From Lytechinus pictus (taxonomy: Eukaryota): a DNA stretch of 64,000 nucleotides. Positions 48,601-57,893 of this stretch are shown here, one piece after another; position 1 is the first letter of the stretch, and each line of letters starts with the position of its first letter. The stretch covers positions 22,196,001-22,260,000 of the forward strand of contig NC_087259.1 in assembly GCF_037042905.1 (NCBI RefSeq), given 5' to 3'. The notes below the pieces were generated by a model. That model was not told the DNA's origin and did no database searches. It saw nothing but the letters and a program-made list of their open reading frames with translations. The position numbers and the translations under genes are program-made.

Positions 48601-50887
48601 ACGTAATGATCTTGAAGGGGATAAGCGATATTTGGCTTGCCATATTTCAGTTATTTACAGTCTTGCAAATGGCTTCATGACCCAGCCCTCCCTTCATGAA
48701 TAGTGATGAACCTGTTCTAGTTTCATAAGAGCCATGGGAATATGAAAAGGAAAATAGTGAAATGCAGATATGGTTCGTGTGTAATCCTATCGCATTAAAA
48801 ACATGTTAAAAAAAACCTTTTGTAAAATCATGTTTCAAATTATTCTATGTTGTGAACATGTATTCCAGAACAAAGGAGTGGCTTTTATATAAGGTGACTT
48901 TTTCAGCACATGACCATCGATCATGGATTTGATTTCTAGATATTCAAAACTTTATCGATATCCAATCTTGAGCAAACTTATTGAGGCGTGTAACAAAACA
49001 TTGAATTACCACGCATGGACTGTGTTATCATTGATTTCTAGGTGGAAATAGCAACAGGGGAATTCCCTTACAAGAATTGTACAAATGACTTTGAGGTACT
49101 AGCCAGAGTGTTGTCTGAAGATCCCCCGAGGCTTCCTATGAAGAGAGGCTTCTCAGTTGACTTTCACTCTTTCATTCAGTGCTGGTGAGTCTGCAGTATT
49201 GTCTTTGGATCTTGTAGTTGTTGTTAATCATGATTTTTTGCATTTATTTTTGTGAAATGAATTCCACTTTAATGATTCTTAAGTTTTGTTTTAATAAGAA
49301 TACCCTCTCGTGAGGTCTATAGACTCTTGAACTTGATTATTAGTTGTGCTACATATATGTATACAATATCCAATAGAAATGAGTACACCCCTCATAGTTA
49401 TGTGTAAGTGCTCCCCTTATGAGTATGTGATTAATAAGAATAATTTTGAATGCAGCTTCTGTAGAACATTGTGTCTTTACTTTTGCTTCAAACATTTTGA
49501 CCAAGATGATAGGCATTATTCTGTCCCCTGTCTTCATTTGATAATTATCTGATGCAAGATTAAGCTTTTTTATGTAAGTTATTGCATATTGGAACTGAGT
49601 AATCTGAGAAACACAGAATTCAGTACCCAACAGGATAAGTGATACTGCTTTGGGAATTAATACAGTTATATGGCAGAAGTGATTGTTATAAGAAAACCTT
49701 TTTTCTTCAAATTATGGAATTTTACCTATGTAAGCGATTGCTTAAATAGGTAAAAGAGAAGAAAAAGTGTTCAGATATGAAAAAAAAGTTAAAGGAAGGA
49801 AACGAATACAAAATGATTGGCAAAGAACATGGCAGGGAGCGAGATAACATCTTGAGTCATTATTGTGGTTTTATGTTAACCATTACTACTCTTCACACCT
49901 GCTCATTAAGTTCTTGATAACATTGTGCAAGTCATTCTCTTTTTCCCCAACTTTATATCTTTCTACAGTTTGACAAAAGATTATAATAAAAGACCTAAAT
50001 ACAAGCAACTCATGGTAAGTACACACAGTATAAGGCTTTTTTACCAGACATTGACTGGGCTCGTATCATCCAAACCATAATTTTTTTTAGGATGTTCATA
50101 TTATGTAGAAATAAATTTGAACAATAAGAGACACTAGAGGAAATAATGGAGCTTCAAATAGGATTTAACCACACAATTGAAATAGATATCTAATTTGAAT
50201 GAATCTGTGGTCTTTTAAAAAACAGGGCCCTGCTGCATCAAATTACAACTCTACCCTAATTTATCAAGATAGTAATATAAACCAGCAAGATATATTTTGC
50301 CTGCCCACAAAATCCACACTGGGAGGAATAATGTCAATATAATTTTTTTAAAGCACTTGCATATGTTGTCAATATCATTAATCATTTTGATATGTTTGAT
50401 GTAACATAAAATAGCATTGAAGATGAAGTACCCTACTTAAGGGCTGTGCCGGGAATCGAACCCCAGGTTTTCATGGTGAAGTTGGGCACCTTAGACCACT
50501 CAACAGCAGCACCTCAAATGAAAAAAAAAAAAGTTCACACCTAGTTACCAATAATGCATATAGCATTTCCATTTATTTTAAAGCAGGATAAAAGAGCATT
50601 GTAGATTAAATGCCTTGCTCACGGGCATAGCTGCCGCGGCCGAGGATCAAACCTTGGACTTGGGTTATCTGTGTGTAGAAATGTCGCCATCTACTGTTGG
50701 ATATTTTATATCCTGCAGTTTATGTGGAAGTACTATGATATGTTTCTGATTCCATTCCCCTTGCTTACAGGAGCACAGCTTTTTCAAGAGGTACCTGGTG
50801 GCCAGGGTGGACGTAGCATCCTGGTTTGCATCGGTCATGCACAAGGTTAGGACGCAATCAAGCCGGCAGGATAGGCATACCCCGTAA
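30516..50887 (+). CDS. MAP2K7: Dual-specificity MAP kinase kinase 7 (MKK7): join(30516-30651,36052-36160,37256-37322,42428-42541,43400-43519,44272-44379,45367-45418,46437-46564,48114-48194,49042-49184,49969-50014,50771-50887), 406 aa
   Basis: Frame-consistent GT-AG exons. MKK7-specific sequences include KLQEIMKQTG, QMRRSGNKEENKRILMDLDVVLKSH, HRDVKPSN, DFGISGRLVDSKARTRSAGCAAYMAPERIDPPDP and the C-terminal VDVASWF. The N-terminus has a coiled coil and JNK D-motifs (RKERPSIDFNL, RQRPALQL). Confidence 0.96.
31071..32255. mobile_element. Tc1/mariner (pogo/Tigger-like) non-autonomous element in MAP2K7 intron 1
   Basis: TA|CAGTCCGACCTCTCTT...AAGAGAGGTCGGACTG|TA; ATCCGGAT subterminal motifs; small nested hairpins at ~31390-31480 and ~31737-31836. 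Confidence 0.88.
32630..34345. mobile_element. 1.7-kb non-autonomous hAT/P-like element, 8-bp TSD
   Basis: TSD GTCCGCAC (32622-32629, 34346-34353); TIR AAGCCTGAGTC..ATTTT.AAA..CGGTGTTC; diverged internal direct repeats at ~33090-33370 and ~33580-33800; no transposase ORF. Confidence 0.82.
36052..36160 (+). CDS. MAP2K7: MAP2K7 exon 2 (ALQLNHNGG...STIDG)
   Basis: ctcag| and |gtaagt; phase 1 to phase 2 bridges exons 1 and 3; completes the D2 motif RQRPALQL. Confidence 0.85.
37256..37322 (+). CDS. MAP2K7: MAP2K7 exon 3 (PEIDRKLQEIMKQTGLLTTEGK)
   Basis: 67 nt; acag| and |gtaaga. Confidence 0.95.
37553..37732. mobile_element. MITE family A copy
   Basis: Near-perfect arms TTTCATAAAGCTGTTCGTAAGTTAAGAGCGACTTTAAGAACGACTGGTGAT and its reverse complement. 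Confidence 0.88.
37733..38269. mobile_element. Long palindromic (foldback) element
   Basis: ACAAAATATTGCGCTCCT...AGGAGCGCAATATTTTGT with ~200-bp imperfect arms; a related fragment lies at ~330-455. Confidence 0.75.
39663..39839 (+). mobile_element. Family H MITE
   Basis: TSD CCCTTTAC at 39655-39662 and 39840-39847. Confidence 0.85.
40233..40646. mobile_element. Harbinger-like MITE, TAA TSD
   Basis: taa|AGGCCACTGCACACCTTACGACCCGACTGGTC...GACCAGTCGGGTTGTAAGGTGTGCGGTGGCCT|taa, ~60-bp TIR. Confidence 0.9.
42428..42541 (+). CDS. MAP2K7: MAP2K7 exon 4 (Gly loop GFGSCG ... LAVK)
   Basis: 114 nt; ctag| and |gtaagt. Confidence 0.96.
42625..42826 (-). mobile_element. tRNA-derived SINE remnant
   Basis: GGGATTTGAACCC is the reverse complement of a B-box; shares CATTCAAGGAATAAATC-like body with a fragment at ~45685-45800. 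Confidence 0.6.
43400..43519 (+). CDS. MAP2K7: MAP2K7 exon 5 (QMRRSGNKEENKR...IVTP)
   Basis: 120 nt; gcag| and |gtaagt. Confidence 0.97.
44272..44379 (+). CDS. MAP2K7: MAP2K7 exon 6 (SEVWICMEQMATCLDK...KMVVA)
   Basis: 108 nt; tcag| and |gtaagt. Confidence 0.96.
44550..44878. repeat. Direct duplication, period 178 bp
   Basis: CAGGAATARCCTTTCGGAATACCTTCATTTTCAAAACATTTC... at 44550 and 44728. Confidence 0.9.
45367..45418 (+). CDS. MAP2K7: MAP2K7 exon 7 (IVNALNYLKEKHGVMHR)
   Basis: 52 nt; acag| and G|gtgagt. Confidence 0.96.
45493..45663. mobile_element. MITE family A copy, CTG TSD
   Basis: ctg|GGGGCCATTTCATAAAG...CTTTATGAAACACCCAC|ctg. Confidence 0.88.
46437..46564 (+). CDS. MAP2K7: MAP2K7 exon 8 (DVKPSN...DFG...SKART...AYMA)
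   Basis: 128 nt; gcag| and |gtgagt; activation loop S-K-A-R-T. Confidence 0.97.
47345..47489. mobile_element. Harbinger-like MITE, CTG TSD
   Basis: ctg|GGGCCCGTTGCAGAAAGAGTTGC...GCAACTCTTTCTGCAACGGGCCC|ctg. Confidence 0.9.
48114..48194 (+). CDS. MAP2K7: MAP2K7 exon 9 (PERIDPPDP...VWSLGISL)
   Basis: 81 nt; tcag| and |gtaaga. Confidence 0.97.
48340..48660 (-). mobile_element. Degenerate L2/CR1-type LINE 3' end
   Basis: (ATA/ATG)n tail followed by GAACAGAAATGTTTT..TTGTTTGAA..GCTGTTCCA, resembling the reverse of an L2 ORF2 end; recognised by pattern only. Confidence 0.4.
49042..49184 (+). CDS. MAP2K7: MAP2K7 exon 10 (VEIATGEFPYKNC...FIQC)
   Basis: 143 nt; ctag| and |gtgagt. Confidence 0.96.
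49969..50014 (+). CDS. MAP2K7: MAP2K7 exon 11 (LTKDYNKRPKYKQLM)
   Basis: 46 nt; acag| and |gtaagt. Confidence 0.95.
50440..50665 (-). mobile_element. Two tRNA-SINE fragments
   Basis: GGGAATCGAACCCC and GAGGATCAAACC (reverse B-boxes); TAAATGCCTTGCTCACGGGCA core. Confidence 0.55.
50771..50887 (+). CDS. MAP2K7: MAP2K7 exon 12 (EHSFFKRY...VDVASWF...RHTP*)
   Basis: acag| acceptor; DVD-domain-like sequence; TAA at 50885-50887. Confidence 0.93.
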   Translation, partial: EHSFFKRYLVARVDVASWFASVMHKVRTQSSRQDRHTP

Positions 50888-52259
50888 TGACCGGCCAAGC
50901 TCAGCGTTCACCCATCACACCTCTGTGACAAAAGTGCAACAAACCTCTGCACTCTCTTTGAACTTTTTAAACCAGCGTCCGTTCACTGGGCGTCATCATA
51001 GCACCGTTTCAAGAACTCTTCAAGATCCGTGGACCTAAATGGACGTGGCCGTCACCATGGCGCTGGAGGGAGGCACTTTTTTCACAGTTCAGGTGCACGT
51101 GACCGGCTCTGTTTTACCATGAGTATACTTTTTTTGACAACCTCGTGCGCATGTACTGTGTGGCATGCTTGCATCAGCCGAGGTGGACAATTCCATGACG
51201 TTGAATACTTCGTGTTTTTTTGTGTGTTAGCGTCGTCACTGAGACCACTATACTGGTTTATGTACTCTGACAAACCTCATTGAATGATTGCATCGGTAGA
51301 AATCTAGCCATATCTCCTTATTGTACAAAAGAAGAGGAATATTATCACCCCCCCCTTAAAATCATGACTTGTAAGACATTTGGATGCAAAATCTAGAGAT
51401 AATTTATATTTCTGCATCATTTTTGTCTCTGCTTCGTGTCCAGTGCTCCTTTTTAATCAATCATTGTGTTTTGTAATTTATATTCTTAAATTAACCATGT
51501 GTTATGTCCGTAACAATAGGTCTAGTGATAATCTTGATATTTAGCTTGAAGACATTTCAATGGATCTCTGTAGGTGCAAATTTCGTTGGTTTTCTTTTTA
51601 GTGGAAATATGTTTTTTCAGCTTTTGGCAACACTTACATAAAAGGGCACTTTTTTCTTCATTATTGTTTCTATCAGACTGTAGTAAATTATATTCTTTGT
51701 AAATGTCTATTCCGAAGGGAGTTTCAATTTTTTTTTAAAGTCATTGTCTCTAAACATGGACTGCATACAACTGCACAAGACATGTTCATCCTTTCTATTT
51801 CTCAAGGGGATATGTACAAACACCATGGATTTAATGAGCATATATAGCCAAAAATCCCAATTAACTTTTAGTTCTATTGGTAGAATGAAATATCATTCAT
51901 GTGAAGAAACTATTGTTTTATTGGACAGTCCATACATTTAAGAATCATGGAAATTCAGCTTCTCATATATATATTTATATTTGCCTTCAGATCAACATGA
52001 AATTGTTACTAACAATCCATATTATGAATCATATACCCTATTAACCAACATTTGTCTGCTGGAGGTGATTGGAAGTATCAATTGGAAATTTGCTATTAAT
52101 GAATCAGTTTTAACTAAATCAAGTCAATTGATGCTTTCTTTTTCACTAAGCAATCGACATGCTATTCACTCTCAGTTTCTTTCAAATACCGCATAGAAGA
52201 TGATCAGTGTTGTCATGTTGCTTGTAAATTTCTTTGACATGTTGATTTCAACTGCCCGG

Positions 52260-52400
52260 GTGGGTGTTTCATAAAGCTGTTCGTAAGTTAAGAGCGACTT
52301 TAAGAACGACTGGTGATCCCTTCTTACGCGCTAAACCATCGCCTATGGTGTGTACCATGTATACCATTTACCAAAAGAAAGGATCACCAGTCGTTCTTAA
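52260..52400. mobile_element. MITE family A, truncated copy in the putative MAP2K7 3'UTR
   Basis: Left arm intact; right arm stops at TCGTTCTTAA. Confidence 0.85.
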
Positions 52401-55400
52401 GGTCCAAATCTAGTACTCACCTACAGTACATGTACCCACACAAACTACATAGAACCTATTGAGACATTCTCCTAGTTTATTTAAAGTCAAAGGGTGTTTG
52501 GTATGTGTTTCAAGTTCACAAGAAAAATTGATACCCAAAATTCTTAAAAAAATTAGCAGCCTTCCTGCAATGCAATTCATAGAAATGAAGAAGAGTTTGT
52601 GATGGAAAAGAGAGTATGTCTTGAGAGTAGTGATTTGGGACTAATAATAATAATCTCTAATAAAAGAAAAAATGAAAATTCTGGATCATTTACTCAATTA
52701 TAAAGCTGTACAGCTTTATTTTCAGTTTCTTATCCTTTAATTTATCAGAAAGAATCTTAATGGGAGGCAGTAGTTGCTTTGCTTGTGTAATAATACTGTT
52801 ATATGTTAAAACTATTATTTTTATGAAAAATTTGCAAAACATTCAATTCAATTATGTTCATTTTATTGTCCATTGTTTGGAAATTCTTTGAAACATTAAT
52901 CAACAAATTTTAATCTAACAAATCCATGCATCAGCAAATTCTCAAACCATTCTGAGTCGCATCTTTTTGCGATTTCAGATCGCTTTGTCCTATGTTTTAT
53001 ACATTTCATCAAAGAAAATGAAACTGGAATTTACTTTTTAGGAGAAGAAAAACTTGGAAGGTTACTTTTTCATCTGAGGGCGATGAGTGGCCATTGCCCA
53101 CAATGATAAATGCTAATGCTGGTGAATGACATCATCTGTGAAAAGGAAACTCTTGAATGGCTTCAAATTCTCCCACGAGAACCGCACACTTTTACATCTT
53201 TAATAGCATTTTTGCAACATGTTCTTTATGTTATTTGTATGAGTAGTATCAACAGTTGCCTCGGGGTGCTAGAAGCTCTTCCCCTGGTGGCAAATATTGT
53301 GTAACGCTTGTTAGTATTTTCCGCTCGGCTCAATTTCCTAATAGATTGGTAGAGAAATGGATGCACCCATTAGAGAAGAGCAAATTGGATTATGTCCTCT
53401 GATTTTTTCCCCACTGCGGTTTTGGGGAGGTATTATATCAAAATGAACAATGCGCCTATTCATTTTCAGAGTGGGGCGTAATGTTACAACTCGTGGGAGA
53501 TTGGTTTTGCCCCTGGCACTGTTCTGGGTATTGCATGACTTCCAAAAGAAATGCAATGCATGGGGAATTCTAAAGTGGGATCATGACTTATTGTACATTG
53601 TCTCATGTGTAATGTATCAGGCCCTGTTTACACTGATGTCATGTACTTATGTTTCCCTGAATATGGCACAAGACAGTGTGAACATGTCTGTGATTTTGAA
53701 TGGAATTTCTTGCTACATTGTCTTAGCTTTTGTATTAGGCCGTTTTTCCAGTTGTGACTATACATGCTTCGGTAGGGTCTGAAGAATGTTCTATGTTGGA
53801 TCATCACTTGATTAGTCTTGCTAATATTGCATAAGGTTCCATTCACACTTTAAATCATTTTCGTTAGCCTCTGATAGAGGTATATCTAATCAATGTTTCA
53901 CCAACATTTGAACCAATTACCTACTGGAACCGGGTGATCCCTTTGCAAACCCTATTTGAATCACAGAATTCAGTAGTCAACATGCTAACAGAAGCCGATG
54001 TTATTTGAAGCCCATTTCACACCCACAAATAAGAACACGCTTCTTGAAAGATTATCTTACCAAAAAAAAAAAAAAAAAAAAAAAAAAACCAAGAGAGGCA
54101 CAATCAAACTTTTCTCTCTCCTTTTTTCGCCCCATGTTTTTTTCAAATGAAAAGGTTTGAAATTAAATAGTTAATTGTATTCAGACAATCTTGGGGGGGG
54201 GGGGGGGGGAGATGATAAAACCCTTATCAAGGTATTTTTGTGTGTCTTTGTTACCATGACAATTTTCAAGTTTTGCAAACCAATGTTCTTTAGCTGCCTA
54301 CTCATTCTTAATTTTCCGGAAAAGCAGTTTCACCAGGATGGAAGACCTTCATAGCTAACCCATCAATAGCTTTTGTTTTCCAGGAAAATTAGTAACATGA
54401 ACTAGAGATCTATTCTGGAAAAAAAGTAAAGCTAAAATCAAGAAATTCACAAGAAAACGGATCGTGGGATAAAACTTGTTTTGGTTTTTTATTACATTTT
54501 GTAGAATAAAAGGTCAGGGAATCAGGTTGTTTTCAAGTAATAGTCTGGAACTTTGATACAAAAGCAAAAAAGATCTCTTTATCCCTAACTTAGTTTTCTG
54601 CCCAGAATGTGTGAAACAAAAACATTGCCGATTGCCTCATAAATGTATTTTTGAATTGTCCCCCTTGTAATTACTCAGAAAGACACATTCTTTACTTCAT
54701 AGCTGTTTGTATTTTAATCCAAATGAGACTAACAATTTATATCCCTATGTGCTTCTATCCTCGATGACCTTTTATAGATCAACCTCAATTGATTTCAAAT
54801 ATTGTAAAATTTATGTGATTAAAAAATGTTAGAAGGGCAAAACCAGTCAAATTTGCAATTTTTTCTTTGGCATGTTTAATCCATCCAATGGGTTGTGTAA
54901 GACAGCATATTGAATGTTATAGAGAGCTTATTGAATGAGTATAGAGAAAAGGGTAGACTGTTTGATGTGTTTCCAATGCATTGTGATACAGAGGAGAAGC
55001 TTATATGCAGTTCAGAGGGATTTGTCGACTTTTGAACGCAGATAGGAAGATCAGAAGAATATGTAGAGTTGAATGTAAGCAATTAGAGAAAATGACTGCT
55101 ATGCCCTACTACACTTTCCCATTGCAAGTCTCTGCTATGAAGCTACATGTATGGGTTATTGGTTATTATTTCTCGAGGGAGGGGGGGGGGGCTCATTTTG
55201 ATACCTGAAAGTAGAACAAGCACATGTGATGTTTAAAAATGTCATTTCTGAAAGTCTCATATTGTGATATCCTTGGTAGTATCATGTTGAAAAATCTTAA
55301 GCAATATTAAGAAACAAATGTAAATCACTTTAAAACCAGTTCCTGTAGCCGCCGCTTCGATATCAATGTTAATTTCTTTTTATAGAAATCTGAAATCAGA

Positions 55401-57639
55401 AATAACTGTATGTAGCTTGCCAGGGAAATTCCTGCGTTTGATCTGCCCATGGATGTCTTGTCCAAGTTAAAAGTTAAACAACTACACTCGGTGATTCCAG
55501 GGTTGGGTAATTTGTGATGTCAGTAGTCTGTCTACTACCTGTGGGAAGTGATGCCGCATTTACCGTGGCTGGGGTGGGATTGAGGGATCAGTAGGGGCTT
55601 AGCGGCATTGAGAGGTATACCTGTGAAGCAGAGTTGGAAGCATCGAGTTTCACCCAGGTGCATCAGCGAGGGTGTTAAGTGTCGCAGGAGACCTCATTAC
55701 CAGCCATCCATCTTGTTAAACCCAACCTAATACAGATGCATTTGGTTTCTACCTGGATAGCTTATTAATCGTTCCTATTAGGCATTGGTGTTTCTAGTGC
55801 CTATGTCATTATTAGGCCCTGTTTAACTGAAACAATTGATTATGCAATGATTAATCCCTCATTTGGAAACCAATTTTAAAGGTCTCTACATTGTTGTCAA
55901 AAGTGGTTCTGATTTTGTTTTTTTTATTTTGCATAGTCTTATACAGTGTAAGTCTAGTAGTGTCTCAGATTTTGCTTACTTGGCTTTACTGGTATTATGC
56001 GTGGAAGGATTAGGCCTTTAAAAAATACACCAATTAATTACACAACTTTATTCTGACCCTGTTAAATTTTTACTTGAAGGCTCTTAAATAAAGTTGCAAT
56101 GACATGATATTTTTTATTTGGTTTTGTTGATCTTATGAATAAAAGTATAATCCCTGTTTAGATGCAACAGTTAATTATACAATTTTTCTGTAAGAGAAAT
56201 TTTCACTTCAGTCAAAGTCATATCTTACAGTATCCCCAGATATGAACAAATTTCTCTGGTAGAAGAGTCTTTTAATTGACAGCAGATTCTAGTGAATTTT
56301 CTTACATTTTCAACCAAGTTGATAATACAGTAATTACAGAGCCCTTCGTTATCTATTCATTAGTGTGTTTATTTGTTTAAAACAGTACACAGTAATATTT
56401 ACTATGTTCAATATTCCAATAGCTTCTATTTCCCAATGACATTGCTAATGTAGAAATAGATGAGGAGGCGAACATATCTATTTTTTTTTTGGTTACTTTA
56501 AGCAAACTTTGTCACTTTTTTCAACTTCTATTCAAGTACCTGGCTTGACACATATTGTGTCTTACATCTGATCAAATCTTGCCCTTATCATCAATCTTTT
56601 CCTTTCTATCATATTACTTCCAATATGAGTCAGGTGGATAAGGGCCATTCAGTACCAGACAGTCTGTAATCCCAGTGACATTTAGACTTAATCCAAGGAT
56701 TAGAATCCTAGATTATCCTACCCTATTTGGACGGGGATGGCTTGATTTACCTCACACCTGCGAAAATTGCCCTGACCCGCTTTTTACGACTATTGACATT
56801 TGTGAAAAGAATTCAGGAAGTGATATCGCAAGCATCAGAATTGGTGAAAAAAAATTCTTGTAAAAAATCTCCTCTTTTTGTGGAGCTTAGCCTTTGGTAT
56901 GAAGTCCTTTGGTGATGACTTTGAGCCATCAGTCCTCTAAGTTTCTTGCCCCTATTGATTTGAGTTTATTCAAACAGTAACTAGCCACTGAGGCAATTAG
57001 AACTCCTCGCCCCATGAAAAACAGTATGAAGTAATTCATATTGAAGAGCAATTTATGGATGATGTCTCGCTAAGAGAATTATAGAGAGGTGAGTGGAGTG
57101 GGGTGTGGTGTAGTGATCAAGATTAAACTTATGAGACCCACTTTCACAAAAAGGATTTTATAGTTCTTGAAAGCTGATACGTTTAACTGGTTTATATCAG
57201 GTTTATAGGTTTATATTAATGGAACAAATGCATTATTACTTTTCACACACAACCCTGTCTTGTGATCATTATGAGGCTATTGCTTGAAAAACACTCGTAA
57301 TTAAACTAATAAATTAAACTATGTGTTTTGTGTGAATACATGCATACAGTTAGAGGTTCACTCAGTCTCATGTAGAGTTAGAAATGTATCTCTCTCAAGT
57401 CTTAATGATGTCCAGATCTGGTAACATTGACTTCATTTTGTTTGTGTTGATCTGAAGGCAGGCTTCAGTGCCTCGATACTAAAGCCGTCCAATTAAAGTG
57501 GTAATCCTTGAGTATTGCGTGAAACCTAACCCAGCCGATACACCTGCTGTAGTGTGGAGTCGTCCACACATGAATGGTGTTTGGGAAAAAAAGATTTGGC
57601 TCGGCTTGAAGGATTAAGCCTGGAATCTGATCAGGGTAG

Positions 57640-57893
57640 CATTGCATGAACCATCTTGTCAGTGATGTCAGCTGAAAATTGCTCTCAGCCAATCAGATGC
57701 AGTGATTTTAGTAGCTTATAACATTAATCAGTGAAAGTCAGTGAGTCATCTCATGAAGCTTGCCCCAGGGGAGTGTTTCACGAGGTACCTTGTCAGTGAT
57801 TTTCAATGACCAATGTTATAAGCTACCAAAATCATTGCACCTGATTGGCCAAGAGCAAATTACTTGGTGAATCTCTTTATGGAATGCTCCCTT
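57640..57893. mobile_element. Two adjacent degenerate copies of a CCAAT-bearing palindromic repeat
   Basis: TTGCTCTCAGCCAATCAGATGCA...GTAGCTTATAACA and its reverse complement; related sequence at ~13985-14070 and ~26130-26300. Confidence 0.6.

Noticed and set aside
50445-50515. tRNA-like B-box sequence
   Set aside because: No cloverleaf; degenerate SINE head.
50885-51283. Stop-codon readthrough into the in-frame ORF at 51029-51283
   Set aside because: A double stop (TAA TGA) and another in-frame TAG at 50999-51001 intervene.
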